From positions 124,001 through 188,000 of the forward strand of contig NIVC01000939.1 of the NCBI GenBank assembly GCA_002269645.1: DNA of 64,000 nt, given 5' to 3'. The position numbers and the translations under genes are program-made. Below the pieces are notes generated by a model. It did no database searches, had not been told where the DNA came from, and was given only the letters and a program-made list of their open reading frames with translations. Shown one piece after another: positions 20,459 to 33,865 of the stretch (positions within the stretch are counted from its first letter, which is position 1; every line of letters begins with the position of its first letter). This stretch comes from Macrostomum lignano. Its lineage: Eukaryota.

Positions 20459-23400
20459 TCATGGCTTCGTCAGGCCATCCAAGCAGCAATTCTCGATGAG
20501 TAGCATTGGCTCCGTGGCTTCCGTCCTGAAGTTCTGGCGAGCAAATTGCAGTTTCCTGCCGGCGCTGTAGCGGCGAGAGGTTCTGGCCGGTGACAGCGGC
20601 TCTGCGTGTTGGAAGTTGTTTATCTGAGTTTCATATTTATTGACACTGTACAACAGAGTTTTTAATAACTATAACAGATACAAATTCACATATGGCCAGC
20701 AGAGTGACAGCTAGAGCTGATCCACAATTCCGAACTTAGAAATAAACATTTTTTCCGGACTCGAACACTCTGGCAGGCAATATTGCATTTTGTGCGGGGG
20801 TGCAGGATGCTTATATGAAGATTAAATTGGCATGGCTTTGATCCGCGCAGCTTGGTGACAGCCGGCAGCTGCTGCTACACAATCCCCCGCGCGCATGCAA
20901 AAGTACAAGTGCAGCGTTGCTCAATGGAGCTGCCAGGCTCAGTCAGTCAATATCAATTTGGCAGATCCGCACCAAACACTCGCAACTCCCTGAAGGCCTT
21001 CAGTTTTCTGACACTTAACTAAATTAACCCGATCGCTGCAAGCGTAGCAGCAGCGTGCATGTGCATCTCTGTGTCCCGAGTTTGGCTCACCACGCTGCAT
21101 CCTCTAAATGGATTTCTTTGACAGACTTGCTTTTTGTGATTTTTGCCCAACCGTGAAGCGGAGTTTTACCATAGACAGGCTTCAAGAGTTCAGGGGATTT
21201 GTTAATTCAGTGCTGCATGAATCCCGCCGGTTCAAATTGTGCAGCAAAGATCGGCAACAGCAAAAATTCGCACCTGGTTGGCGACGGCGGCTGCTGCTGG
21301 CTGTGCCGCCGATGCGACCACTGCCGCACGCTGAGCAGGCCGTACAGCAGCGGGTTGGCGCAGGCCGAGGCCAGGATGAGCAGCAGGGAGGCGCTCTGCA
21401 CAATCTGGATTGGCACCTGGCGCCGGCTGATGAGCTTGGCTGTCGGCAGCAGCAGCTGCAGGTCGTTAGCGATGTTGAAGAGCGCCAGCGGCAGCCAGGC
21501 CAGCGCGAAGATGCAGGCGATGGCGGCCAGGCGGCAGTTGCTGCGCCGGTTTCGCCGGCGCTCCAGTAGCAGGCGCTGCATCTGGTAGGCCGACGACTGC
21601 TGGCTGCTCTCGCGGCGGTAGCGCAGCTTCAGGCGCAGGCGGGTGTGGATGCGGCAGTAGGCGGCCACCACGGTGGCCAGAGGCAGCAGGTACTGCAGCA
21701 GCAGCGTGGCCAGGCTGAAGGCCAGCTTGGTGGCCCGGCCAGCCCGGCTGCTGACCGCCTCGCCGCAGAGCAGCATCCGGCCGATTGGCTGCTGCGGCTG
21801 CTGCGGCTGCTGCATCATCAGCGCCTGGTTCTCGGCGACGCTGGCGAACCACAGCAGCGGGGAGGCAAGGCCGGCGGCCGCCAGCCAGATGGCCGGCACC
21901 GAGAGAGGCTGCAGTAGGGGGGAGCTGCCAGTGCTGCCGGAGCCCGACAGCCGGCGGTCGGGGCGGACGATGGTCTGCGGAGGTCAGCGTGGGCGAGTGA
22001 AGTTCAAAGGGAAGTGGATGCGTTGAAGAAACGGAGCTCTGGAAATCAGTTGAAGGGTCAAATGTGTCAGCGGTGTCAAGAAAAGAATCTGCAGTGTCAG
22101 AAAGAGGTTAGCGGTGTCAGATAGAGGTCACCATTGTCAAGACAGGGGTCAGCAGTGTCAGATTGGGGTCAGCGGTGTCACATAAGGCTCAGCAGTGTCA
22201 GGTAGTTTCAGTGTCAGGGCCAGAATATCCACCAGACCGAGTTTTTCTCGGATGCGAGAAGGCCGCAACATGAAGACATGAGGAAGCCCTGAAGTCCATG
22301 TTAGTCTGATGCGTAAAGATAGGCCTATAGTTGATTTCTGGCGTGACCTAGTTCTGGAGAAATTCAATTTATCTAAATTGGCAAACTCGAAGTTTATGCT
22401 GCGGTTTAAAGTAGCCATAAATTCCATAAATTCGTAATGCTGGACAGACTTTTTAATTGCCTGCTTTGCTGAAGAAAAATCCCAATTAAAAAGCCCGTCT
22501 GCGAGACTGACTACACATCTCCCAGGTTGCCCCGCAAACTGCTCGGCCTCGTGTTGCTTTTGCAACAATAAATTGCCGCCGTGCATCGCATTCAATGTGA
22601 AGCAGCGCCGCCCCCAATCAGAGGCCGCGCGGGTCAGCGAAAGCAATTCGGCTTTTACGGGCAAGCCGAGCGAGCAAAAGCAGAAGATCTTCAGCCAGGC
22701 TGAAAGCGAGGAAGCCGCCAGAAAACTGAGGAATCCGACGCATCCTATCTCCCCTCGGTCGCGCTTCTGTTTGATTTCCCACTCAGCCTCTCCGTCCGCA
22801 ATGCCCCCGGGTTAATCCCCTCCTACCGGCGGCCTCCCAGCGCTTATCAGGCGGCGGGATTTCTCTGCCAGAGGCGAGGGAAAAGGGGATTTTCCTGCCG
22901 GACTCGATCGAAGCCGATGGGGCGGCCCCGGCTGTCACACGGGGCTGATGGGATTGCGGAGGCAGGCAGATATTCGGGCTTAATAAAAACCGAATTTTTA
23001 TTGAGGCAGCAAAATCAATTCCCTCTGATGCCTGTTTTTGATAGAGAACGGCGTTTGTTTGCGAAGCATGACGGCGCGTTCGCTGCGCAGATTTCTCTGC
23101 AGAGCTGCCGACAGGCAATAAATCAGAGCAGCTCAGAGTGAGAAACCCGGCCAGTCATAAATGTCTTCACAGCAATAGAGCTATGTGCACCGAACTCTGC
23201 CTGAACCTGTCCATCTGCTGCTCCACTCACCCTGAACCTGTCCATCTGCTGCTCCACTCACCCTGAACCTGTCCATCTGCTGCTCCACTCACCCTGAACC
23301 TGTCCATCTGCTGCTCCACTCACCCTGAACCTGTCCATCTGCTGCTCCACTCACCCTGAACCTGTCCATCTGCTGCTCCACTCACCCTGAACCTGTCCAT

Positions 23401-24141
23401 CTGCTGCTCCACTCACCCTGAACCTGTCCATCGATCTGCTGCTCCACTCACCCTGAACCTGTCCATCTGCTGCTCCAATCACCCTGAACCTGTCCATCTG
23501 CTGCTCCACTCACCCTGAACCTGTCCATCTGCTGCTCCACTCACCCTGAACCTGTCCAGCGCGATGGCAGTGATAGAGAAGGTGGACACGAACAGGTTAA
23601 GGCCAGTCAGCCAGTTCGCCAGCTTGCAGACGGCGGTGCCAAGCGGCCAGCTCACGTGATCCTGCAGCAGGCGCAGCGCATTCACAGGCTGGGTGACGGT
23701 GCACAGCACCAAGTCCGACAAGGCCAGGTTCAGCACGAACAGCTGGCGCCGCCGAGGGCACCGCTGCTGGCGACCTCGAATTCGAGGGCCACCACGACGG
23801 CAGGCCCGAATCACCACCAGGCCGTTGCCGATGGCGCCGAGCAAAGCCAGGAGGCCCGATGCGAACAGGAGGCCCACCAGCCAGGGCAGCTCCCGGACCA
23901 GCAGCTGCTCCCAGGAGGTGCGCAGCTCAACAAAAGCGCTCGTATAGTTGGTGTCGTTGCGGCACAGATAGTACAGGTACAGCGCGTCCATCGGGTGACT
24001 GCGTCGTTGTAGCAGCTGCGATAGGCAGGGATCGGCCGTCTGGTTGATTCTGAGCATCTTGTCTGAGTTCTGGTGACACTCGTACGGCGATGAGGACTTG
24101 CGAATTTGGTCAGGATTAACATCGCCTATACATCCTCTCAT
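20459..24141 (-). CDS. Class A neuropeptide GPCR, NPY/NPF or PrRP receptor-like; exons 23545-24141, 21274-21974 and a probable tail exon 20459-20645
   Basis: TM1 GAIGNGLV, TM2 FVLNLALSDL, WPLGTAVCKL, TM3 VSTFSITAIALDRFR|TIVRP (phase-0 splice), TM5 QYLLPL...AYCRI, TM6 FALAWLPL, TM7 SACANPLLYG. Exon 3 rests on phase-2 compatibility only; without it the ORF ends at 21207. Confidence 0.85.
23198..23555. repeat. 31-bp minisatellite duplicating the GPCR exon 1 splice donor
   Basis: Unit CTGAACCTGTCCATCTGCTGCTCCACTCACC; the minus strand contains GACAGGTTCAGG|GTGAGT. About 11 units. Confidence 0.95.
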
Positions 24142-27100
24142 GTGCTTGTAAATAAATCCTCGCCCTTGGCCAATAGGGAAGAGGCTGCTCTGGAAGTGAA
24201 ACCTCCAAAGTCATGTCTGCAGGGGCATGGAGAAGCATTACTGGATTCGCTATATGCTTCGCTTGCTTAATTGCTGCACGGCGGATTAAGGTAGACAGAC
24301 CGAGTCAGATTTGGGGCCAGTTCAGATTGACCGGATTCAGGCCAGATGGCAGCTGTCCATCTGCGAGAATCTGCACTGCCTAATCGACTGGACGCGGTGT
24401 GTTTGCAAATGCAGTGAGTGTTGGGGAAGCGGACAGCAGCTACAACAGATGGTTCGAATTCAATTCTTTTAAAGCATGCACTGACTAAAGGTTCATACGG
24501 CTGGCAGACTGATAGACATCTGCATGTATTGAAGGAGCGTACTAAATGATGTACTAAATGTACTACTAGTACAGTTCGGCTCACGGGAAGAAGCCAATAT
24601 TCTGTTAGACACGATCCAATTTCTAGCTCATAATTCCCTTCTTTCAGCTCGATCCTCTGAAGCGCATTAAATCCACCCAGAAAAAGTCCGTTAATAATGA
24701 CAGCAGTGGGTGGGAAAAGCGGGCTGTATCCGCGGGAGACTCACATTCTACACATGTGAGTAGCTAATCCAGCCAGTGGCGTAAATTGCTAGGGAGGGCC
24801 GGGCCAAAGGAGGCTGAAGAAGCCCCCTCCAAAACAAAAAACTATGGCGTCCCTTCACCACAGCTGATTTTGACGCTCGATCCTGTTCCAAATTTGAAAA
24901 TTGTTGCAAGCATCAATCATGGCCATAGACTTACTAGTGGAGTAATACATGCATATTTCACTGTGATGGAATACAGATGGCCATATATAGACTTTACCAT
25001 TGCGACCCTATGGTGATTATACCTCCATCATATGGATGATTCCTTCATCCATGAATTACCAGAAGTTCCTGATCCACGATTCACGACCGTCGAGATTCGC
25101 GACCCTATCGAGATTCACAGTCAGCTCAGCTGTAAAACAATTTCAACTCCATGAATTGTATCAAAATGTTTATGGATAGCAAAAGTAACTGAGTGTATAG
25201 TCCTTAAATGATAATATGTTAAATCAGCTCTCTCCAGAGACAAAGAAATCGACTTGTTCCAGCATTAAAGAGAAGCCTGATCGCCATTTGTCTGGGCTGT
25301 CTCTCGCCTAAAGCACTATACTTTACAAAGTTTACAAGGTATACAGACCATCAGCTGCAGCAACAACAATAACAACAAGAACAACAAAAATTCAACAACA
25401 TGCAATACGTAGTATGCAAGACAAAAACCCTCGATACATCTTAGGCAATCAACTTCGTCACGCTAAAAACTTCAACTAGTGACACCCCCCCCCCAATTCA
25501 TTCATTCTCATTTTAAAGTCCTTTGGTCTTTAATGCCATCCACGACACACTTATGTGTGGCAGCAGCCTATAGTTCTTAATAAAGCGTAAGGAAGCTTGT
25601 AATTTAACCTTTGGTATTGACAAGAGTTTTGTTAATATACACCAGACTTTCCATGAAACTGGTGTAATTCTAATTCCTGTTGGTTGCTGGGTCAAGAACG
25701 CGCGTCCTATTCCATTTCGTCATAGATCAATGACGAAATCAATGACAAAATGACCAGAGCAAAAACAGCCTTGCAAAGTAACATGACATGCTGAACAAAT
25801 ATTTTACTAATCGCTGGATTATTACGTTGTCATCAAAGATGGCAATATCAACATCGCAACATCAACAATATGGCAATGCATACAAAATTAAACTCGACAG
25901 TTGACACGCTTCAGCTAGTGAATGCTAACGCCTAAATAATTAAGATGACGAAGTGACCCGAATCAAGGTGGGGTGATAGACAACCTAGATGACGAAATGG
26001 CTAGCAACAATTCCCATAATTATATAGTGCGCCACTAGATTAGGCCTAATATTGTGGTTAAGCCTAGGCCTTGAAATTTGTCATAGCCTAGTATTCCTAG
26101 GGCTAGCCGCTAGGGGCTTGGGTTAAGCCTAAATCTAAGGTAGACCTAAATTTGAATAGATAAAATAATTATATAGTATGCCTATATACTTAGGCTCTTT
26201 ACTTTTAAAATATTTTATATTTGATGTCGTCATAGGACATAGATATAAATTAGGAATTTATGTTCGAAATAATAATGCAAAGCTAATATATTAAAATTTT
26301 ATATAGATTAGGCCTAGGCTAGGCATAGGCCCTTTGAGCCTAGGCCTAATTGGTTTTTGGTCATTTAGAAACAATATTGGCTTTATTTATGTTATTTTTA
26401 ATCATTTAGCTAGAAATATAGGCCTTTTAGGCTATTCCTAATATTATATATTAAGGTATAGGCCTATTTACTAGGGTAGAATTTCACTTTATCTTAATAA
26501 GTAATAATTTATATTTTATTATTTTGTTTGCAATAAGCTAAGTTAAAGTTTTTAACATTTATAATAGGCATAGGTTTATAGGCCTAGGCCTAATTAGAGG
26601 TTTCACTTAGGTTTAGACATGATTAAGATTCTAAGATTTTAGGATCAAGATCCTATTATATATCTAATTGAAATATCCATGATGATGCTTTTCAAGGATA
26701 TATTTAAAGGGGAAAAGTGGAAGGCGGCTGCCTTCCTTATGGCTGGCAATGATAGTACCATTTAAAAAGGTCCTTATTCTTTCTGCCTTTAGTTTGCTCA
26801 ATATGCCACTCCTCCAATGTATGTTAGATATAGGACCCCACTTATGCCATAGTTGAAATCTGCCCCTTCATTATATATATATATATATATATATATAAAT
26901 CTATATCTAATGCTTTTAAGAAATTTCAATTAAATGATTTTCCTAAGAAAGAATTCAAAAGAATAGGCCTATATTTTTAAAAAGATTGCATGGCCATATA
27001 GGATAGATATGTAAAGTATAAAACTTTCATATTTATGGTCTATCAATACAAATATAATATTAGGTCTAATATAAAATAAAAAATTTATATAGGGTAATAG

Positions 27101-27335
27101 ATGCTCATACCAAATACAAGTAGTATGCATTTATTTTCTTTAGTATATATGATTTTAATTAAAGCTTTTAATAAAATCAAAAAATACATTTATTGTTTTT
27201 TAAGTATATAAACTATAAATTTGTCAAAAGCTTTACTATATAAAGTCAATTTTATATATTGCACTTCTGCAGCCACTGATTGTTCAGTAATAAATTTAAC
27301 TTGCTAGTTTACATACTTACTAGCAGCCCCTTGGA

Positions 27336-30300
27336 ATGCAACTACTTAGACTATTCCAATGTGCTCGCCACTTGGGCCTCCATGGCTGCAAGGCATTGCA
27401 ACTCAGGAAGATAACTGGGCATGTATCTAGCATTGTAAGCTCACCTAATTTTTATTTCTGTTTAATCTATTCTGTAAGAGTACATCAGTGTACTTTGTGT
27501 TCTGTAAGAGTAAATCAGTGTAAATTGTGCACCAATTTGCTCTACATCATCCAGGACCAAATGGATGTCACCAAGATCCGGAACATCGGGATCTCGGCGC
27601 ACATCGACAGCGGCAAGACCACCCTGACTGAGCGGGTTCTGTTCTACACCGGGCGAGTCGGCGAGATGCACGAAGTTCGCGGCACCGACGGTGTGGGCGC
27701 TGTGATGGACTTCATGGAGCTGGAGAGGCAGCGGGGCATCACCATCCAGTCTGCTGCCACCTACACCGAGTGGGCTGGTCACGTGATCAACATCATCGAC
27801 ACTCCCGGCCACGTGGACTTCACCATCGAGGTGCGTTGAGCGGTGTGGATTTAGTGCTAACAATCGAGTATTCGGTCACAGTGTAGGGTCATTGCCATCA
27901 GTATTCGGTCACAGTGTAGGGTCATTACTCTAGTAAGGCTATGGCCATCAGTATTCGGTCACAATGTAGGGTCATTACTCTAGTAAGGCTATGGCCATCA
28001 GTATTCGGTCACAATGTAGGGTCATTACTCTAGTAAGGCTATGGCCATCAGTATTCGGTCACAATGTAGGGTCATTGCTCTAGTAAGGCTATGGCCATCA
28101 GTATTCGGTCACAATGTAGGGTCATTACTCTTTACGAGCTAACCTTGCGCTTCAGTATCATGATGAACCCTCGTTTGCGACTATCGTTTCACTTGGGTTT
28201 ATTTTTACTGTATTTTTATTGTTGTATTGTACTCGTATAAAGAGTCTGCTAGAATGAGGATACCTCTTCCCCCATCACAGGTGGAGCGCGCCCTCCGCGT
28301 GCTGGACGGCGCCATCCTTGTGCTCTGCGCCGTCGGCGGCGTGCAGTCGCAGACGCTGACGGTGAACCGGCAGATGCTGCGCTACAATGTACCCTGTCTG
28401 GCCTTCATCAACAAGCTGGACAGGCAGGGCGCCAACCCCGTCAGGGTGCTGCACCAGATCCGGCACAAGCTCAAGCACACCGCCGCCTTCATGCAGCTGC
28501 CGGTCGGCCTGCAGAGCCAGCACGAGGCCGTCATCGATCTGGTTGACGAGTGCGTCATGCACTTCGACGAGCCGCACGGGCTCACGGTGAGTCTCCGCGT
28601 CCTCTGTGCCCAGTCACTGGAACCATCGGCACTCCTTCCTTTGCGCCCAGGCACTCTGGAAACATCGGCACTCCTTCCTTTGCATTTGCACCCAGGCACT
28701 CTGGAACCATCGGCGCTCCTTCCTTTGCACCCAGGCACTCTGGAACCATCGGCACTCCTTCCTTTGCATTTGCACCCAGGCACTCTGGAACCATCGGCAC
28801 TCCTTCCTTTGCACCCAGGCACTCTGGAACCATCGGCACTCCTTCCTTTGCACCCAGGCACTCTGGAACCATCGGCACTCCTTCCTTTGCACCCAGGCAC
28901 TCTGGAACCATCGGCACTCCTTCCTTTGCACCCAGGCACTCTGGAACCATCGGCACTCCTTCCTTTGCACCCAGGCACTCTGGAACCATCGGCACTCCTT
29001 CCTTTGCACCCAGGCACTCTGGAACCATCGGCACTCCTTCCTTTGCACCCAGGCACTCTGGAACCATCGGCACTCCTTCCTTTGCACCCAGGCATTCTGG
29101 AACCGCTTCCTTTCCCGCAGGTGCGCCGAGAGCCGGTGCCGCCGGAGCGGCGCGCGGAGACGGCGGAGCGCCGGCAGGAGCTGGTGGAATGCGTGGCCAA
29201 CGTGGATGACGAGCTGGGCGAGCTGGTGCTGATGGACCAGCGGCCGAGCCGCGACCAGCTGAAGGCGGCCATCAGGCGGGCCTGTCTTCAGCGCAGCTTC
29301 ACGCCGGTGTTCCTCGGCACTGCCCTGCGCAACAAGGGCGTGCAGCCGCTGCTGGACGGCGTGGTGGACTACCTGCCCAACCCCACCGAGGTGCAGAACT
29401 ACGCCTTCAGGCAAGGCGAGCCGGACCAGGAGCCGGTCAGGCTGCACCTCAATCCCGAGCGCTCCTGCCGGCTGCCGTTCCTCGGGCTGGCGTTCAAGCT
29501 GGAGGCCGGGTCGTACGGCCAGCTCAGCTACTTCCGGGTGTACCAAGTGAGCCTTGGGTGGCTGAGCATGAGACTTCCGGGCGTACCAGGTGAGCCTTGG
29601 GTGGCTGAGCATGAGACTTCGGGGTGTACCAGGTGAGCCTTGGGTGGCTGAGCATGAGCGCAGGGTCACCTTGCGAGCATGTATCTGTTGTACGTACGAT
29701 GTCATTAGCATGTGTGCAACCAGCCGCTGTACGCCTGCAGGGATGCCTCAAGCGCGGCGACACGATGACCAACGCGCGCACAGGCCGGAAAGTCCGAGTC
29801 CAGCGGCTGGTGAAGATGCACGCCAACGAGATGGCCGAAGTCAAGGAGGTGTACGCTGGCGACATTTGCGCCACGTTCGGCGTTGACTGCGCCTCCGGCG
29901 ACACCTTCGTGACTGGAGGCCTGCACGACGTCAGCATGGAGTCGATCTTCGTCCCGGACCCGGTGGTGTCCATGTCCATCAAGCCGAAGGAGTCCCGCAT
30001 GCAAGAGAACTTCGCCAAAGGCCTGCAGCGCTTCCTCAAGGAGGACCCGACTCTGCGCATGTCTTTCAACGAGGAATTCCGGGAGACCATCCTGTCAGGC
30101 ATGGGCGAGCTGCACCTGGAGATCTACGCGCAGCGGCTGGAGCGCGAGTACAAGGCGCCCTGCGTGCTGGGCAAGCCGAAGGTTTGGCCTCTGGGGGTTC
30201 TGATCTACAGACACTGAAACAGATGTTAGGACAGGCACCAGACAGACGCACTAGCACAGACAGGCACTAGGACAGACAGGCACTGGGACAGACAGGCCCT

Positions 30301-33243
30301 AGGACAGACAGGCACTGGGACAGACAGGCACTCGGACAGACAGGCACCAGGACAGGCAGGCACTAGGACAGACAGGCACTGGGGCAGACAGGCACCAGGA
30401 CAGACAGGCACCAGGACATACAGGCACCAGGACAGACAGGCCCTAGGACAGACAGGCACTGGGGCAGACAGGCACTGGGACAGACAGGCACTGGGACAGA
30501 CAGGCCCTAGGACAGACAGGCACTGGGGCAGACAGGCACCAGGACAGACAGGCACCAGGACATACAGGCACCAGGACAGACAGGCCCTAGGACAGACAGG
30601 CACTGGGGCAGACAGGCACTGGGACAGACAGGCACTGGGACAGACAGGCACTGGGACAGACAGGCACCAGGACAGACAGGCCCTAGGACAGACAGACACT
30701 GGGACAGACAGGCCCTAGGACAGACAGGCACCAGGACAGACAGGCACCAGGACAGACAGGCACCAGGACGTACAGGCACCAGGACAGACAGGCCCTAGGA
30801 CAGACAGGCACTGGGGCAGACAGGCACTGGGACAGACAGGCACTGGGACAGACAGGCCCTAGGACAGACAGGCACTGGGGCAGACAGGCACCAGGACAGA
30901 CAGGCACCAGGACATACAGGCACCAGGACAGACAGGCCCTAGGACAGACAGGCACTGGGGCAGACAGGCACTGGGACAGACAGGCACTGGGACAGACAGG
31001 CACTGGGACAGACAGGCACTGGGACAGACAGGCACCAGGACAGACAGGCCCTAGGACAGACAGACACTGGGACAGACAGGCCCTAGGACAGACAGGCACC
31101 AGGACAGACAGGCACCAGGACAGACAGGCACTCGGACAGACAGGCTCCAGGACAGGCGGGCACTAGGACAGGCAGGCACTGGGACAGACAGGCACCAGGA
31201 CAGACAGGCACCAGGACAGACAGGCACCAGGACAGACAGGCACCAGGACAGACAGGCACTGGGACAGACAGGCACCAGGACAGACAGGCACCAGGACAGA
31301 CAGGCACTGGGACAGACAGGCACCAGGACAGACAGGCACCAGGACAGACAGACACCAGGACAGACAGGCACCAAGACAGGCAGGCACCAGGACAGACAGG
31401 CACTGGGGCAGACAGGCCCTAGGACAGACAGGCACTGGGACAGACAGGCCCTAGGACAGGCAGGCACTAAAACCGACAGACGCACGAAATTCGAATGCGG
31501 TTCTCTATCCGCTGTCAGGTGGCCTTCCGCGAGACCCTGTCGGAGCCGTACCAATTTGACTACCTGCACAAGAAGCAGTCTGGCGGCGCCGGCCAGTTCG
31601 CTCGCATCATCGGCGTAGTGGAGCCGCTACCCCCGGAGAAGTGCACCACCCTCGAGTTTGTTGACGAGACCACCGGCACCAACGTGCCAAAGAACTTCGT
31701 GCCGGCCGTGGAGAAGGGCTTCCGGTTGGCCTGCGAGAAAGGCCAGCTGACCGGAAATCCTTGCGTTGGCATGCGCTTCCGCCTGCAGGACGGCGCGCAT
31801 CACAAGGTTTGTCAGTCTATGGTATCTTGTGTCACTCTAGTGCATCTTGTGTCACTCTAGTGCATCTTGTGTCAATCTAGTGCATTTTGTGTCAGTCTAG
31901 TGCACCTTGTGTCACTCTAGTGCATCTTGTGTCAGTCTAGTGCACCTTGTGTCAGTCTAGTGCACCTTGTGTCACTCTAGTGCATCTTGTGTCACTCTAG
32001 TGCATCTTGTGTCACTCTAGTGCATCTTGTGTCACTCTAGTGCATCTTGTGTCAGTCTAGTGCACCTTGTGTCACTCTAGTGCATCTTGTGTCAGTCTAG
32101 TGCACCTTGTGTCACTCTAGTGCATCTTGTGTCAGTCTAGTGCACCTTGTGTCACTCTAGTGCATCTTGTGTCAGTCTAGTGCACCTTGTGTCACTCTAG
32201 TGCATCTTGTGTCAGTCTAGTGCACCTTGTGTCACTCTAGTGCATCTTGTGTCAGTCTAGTGCACCTTGTGTCACTCTAGTGCATCTTGTGTCAGTCTAG
32301 TGCACCTTGTGTCACTCTAGTGCATCTTGTGTCACTCTAGTGCATCTTGTGTCAGTCTAGTGCACCTTGTGTCACTCTAGTGCATCTTGTGTCAGTCTAG
32401 TGCACCTTGTGTCACTCTAGTGCATCTTGTGTCACTCTAGTGCATCTTGTGTCACTCTAGTGCATCTTGTGTTAGTCTAGTGCACCTTGTGTCACTCTAG
32501 TGCATCTTGTGTCAGTCTAGTGCACCTTGTGTCACTCTAGTGCATCTTGTGTCACTCTAGTGCATCTTGTGTCAGTCTAGTGCACCTTGTGTCACTCTAG
32601 TGCATCTTGTGTCAGTCTAGTGCACCTTGTGTCACTCTAGTGCATCTTGTGTCAGTCTAGTGCACCTTGTGTCACTCTAGTGCATCTTGTGTCACTCTAG
32701 TGCATCTTGTGTCAGTCTAGTGCACCTTGTGTCACTCTAGTGCATCTTGTGTCAGTCTAGTGCACCTTGTGTCACTCTAGTGCATCTTGTGTCAGTCTGG
32801 CAGCCTTCTCACCTCAACTGTCGCAATTTGAATTTCAGGTGGACAGCAGCGACTGGGCCTTCCAGCTGGCCGCCATGCACGCGGTCCGCGAGATGCAGGA
32901 CCACGGCACCTGGAACCTGCTGGAGCCGGTGATGCTGGTGGAGGTGAACACCCCGGTGGAGTTCCAGACGGTGGTGATGGCGGCGCTGGTCCGGCGCACC
33001 GGCCTCATCACCCACTCTGACCTCATGGAGGACACCTGTGTGATCGAGTGCGAGGTGCCGCTCAACCACATGTTCGGCTTCATCGGTGAGCTGCGCAGCC
33101 TCACGCAGGGCAAGGGCGAGTTCGTGATGGAGTACAGCCGCTACTGCCCCGTGCCCTCCGACCTGCAGCTGCAGCTCGTGTCCGAGTACCGCAACCTGGA
33201 GACCCAGGCGACTAGCAGCAAGAAGGCCAGCGCCAAGAAGTAG
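27336..33243 (+). CDS. GFM1: Mitochondrial elongation factor G1, about 746 aa; exons 27336-27434, 27555-27830, 28281-28586, 29121-29546, 29741-30181, 31519-31806, 32839-33243
   Basis: [88 protein letters not shown]. All introns are phase-0 GT-AG. The N-terminal exon resembles a mitochondrial targeting peptide (less certain). Confidence 0.95.
27867..28130. repeat. 50-bp intronic minisatellite
   Basis: CAGTATTCGGTCACAATGTAGGGTCATTACTCTAGTAAGGCTATGGCCAT, about 5 units. Confidence 0.9.
28615..29105. repeat. 39/45-bp intronic minisatellite
   Basis: CACTCTGGAACCATCGGCACTCCTTCCTTTGCACCCAGG, about 12 units in GFM1 intron 28587-29120. Confidence 0.95.
29537..29660. repeat. 43-bp tandem duplication of a GFM1 splice donor
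   Basis: GTGAGCC donors at 29547, 29590 and 29633. Confidence 0.9.
30225..31470. repeat. 16-bp intronic minisatellite (GACAGACAGGCACTGG variants)
   Basis: Tandem periodicity filling GFM1 intron 30182-31518. Confidence 0.95.
31825..32800. repeat. 20-bp intronic minisatellite (TGCATCTTGTGTCACTCTAG / TGCACCTTGTGTCAGTCTAG variants)
   Basis: About 48 units filling GFM1 intron 31807-32838. Confidence 0.95.
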
Positions 33244-33286
33244 CCCCGGGTTGCGTGACGCTCCTTACTCTGGGGTGACTGTTGCG

Positions 33287-33865
33287 AATCCTATTGGAGG
33301 AATCCAGATCCCTATTGGGGGAATCCAGATCCCTATTGGGGGAATCCAGATCCCTATTGGGGAAATCCAGATCCCTATTGATGGAATCCAGATCCCTATT
33401 GATGGAATCCAGATCCCTATTGATGGAATCCAGATCCCTATTGATGGAATCCAGATCCCTATTGATGGAATCCAGATCCCTATTGATGGAATCCAGATCC
33501 CTATTAGGGGAATCCAGATCCCTATTGAGGGGAATGCAGATCTCTTATTGGGGGGATCCAGATCCCTATTGGTGGAATCCAGATCCATATTTGTGGAATC
33601 CAGATCCATATTGGTGGAATCCAGATCCCTATTGGGGGAATCCAGATCCATATTGGGGGAATCCAGATCCATATTTGTGGAATCCAGATCCCTATTGGGT
33701 GGAATGCAGATCTCTTATTGGGGGGAATCCAGATCCATATTGGTGGAATCCAGATCCATATTTGTGGAATCCAGATCCATATTGGTGGAATTCAGATCCA
33801 TATTGGGGGAATCCAGATCCCTATTGAGGGAATCCAGATCCCTATTGATGGAATCCAGATCACAT
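33287..33865. repeat. 21-bp minisatellite (GGAATCCAGATCCCTATTGAT) immediately after the GFM1 stop
   Basis: Tandem periodicity. Confidence 0.9.
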
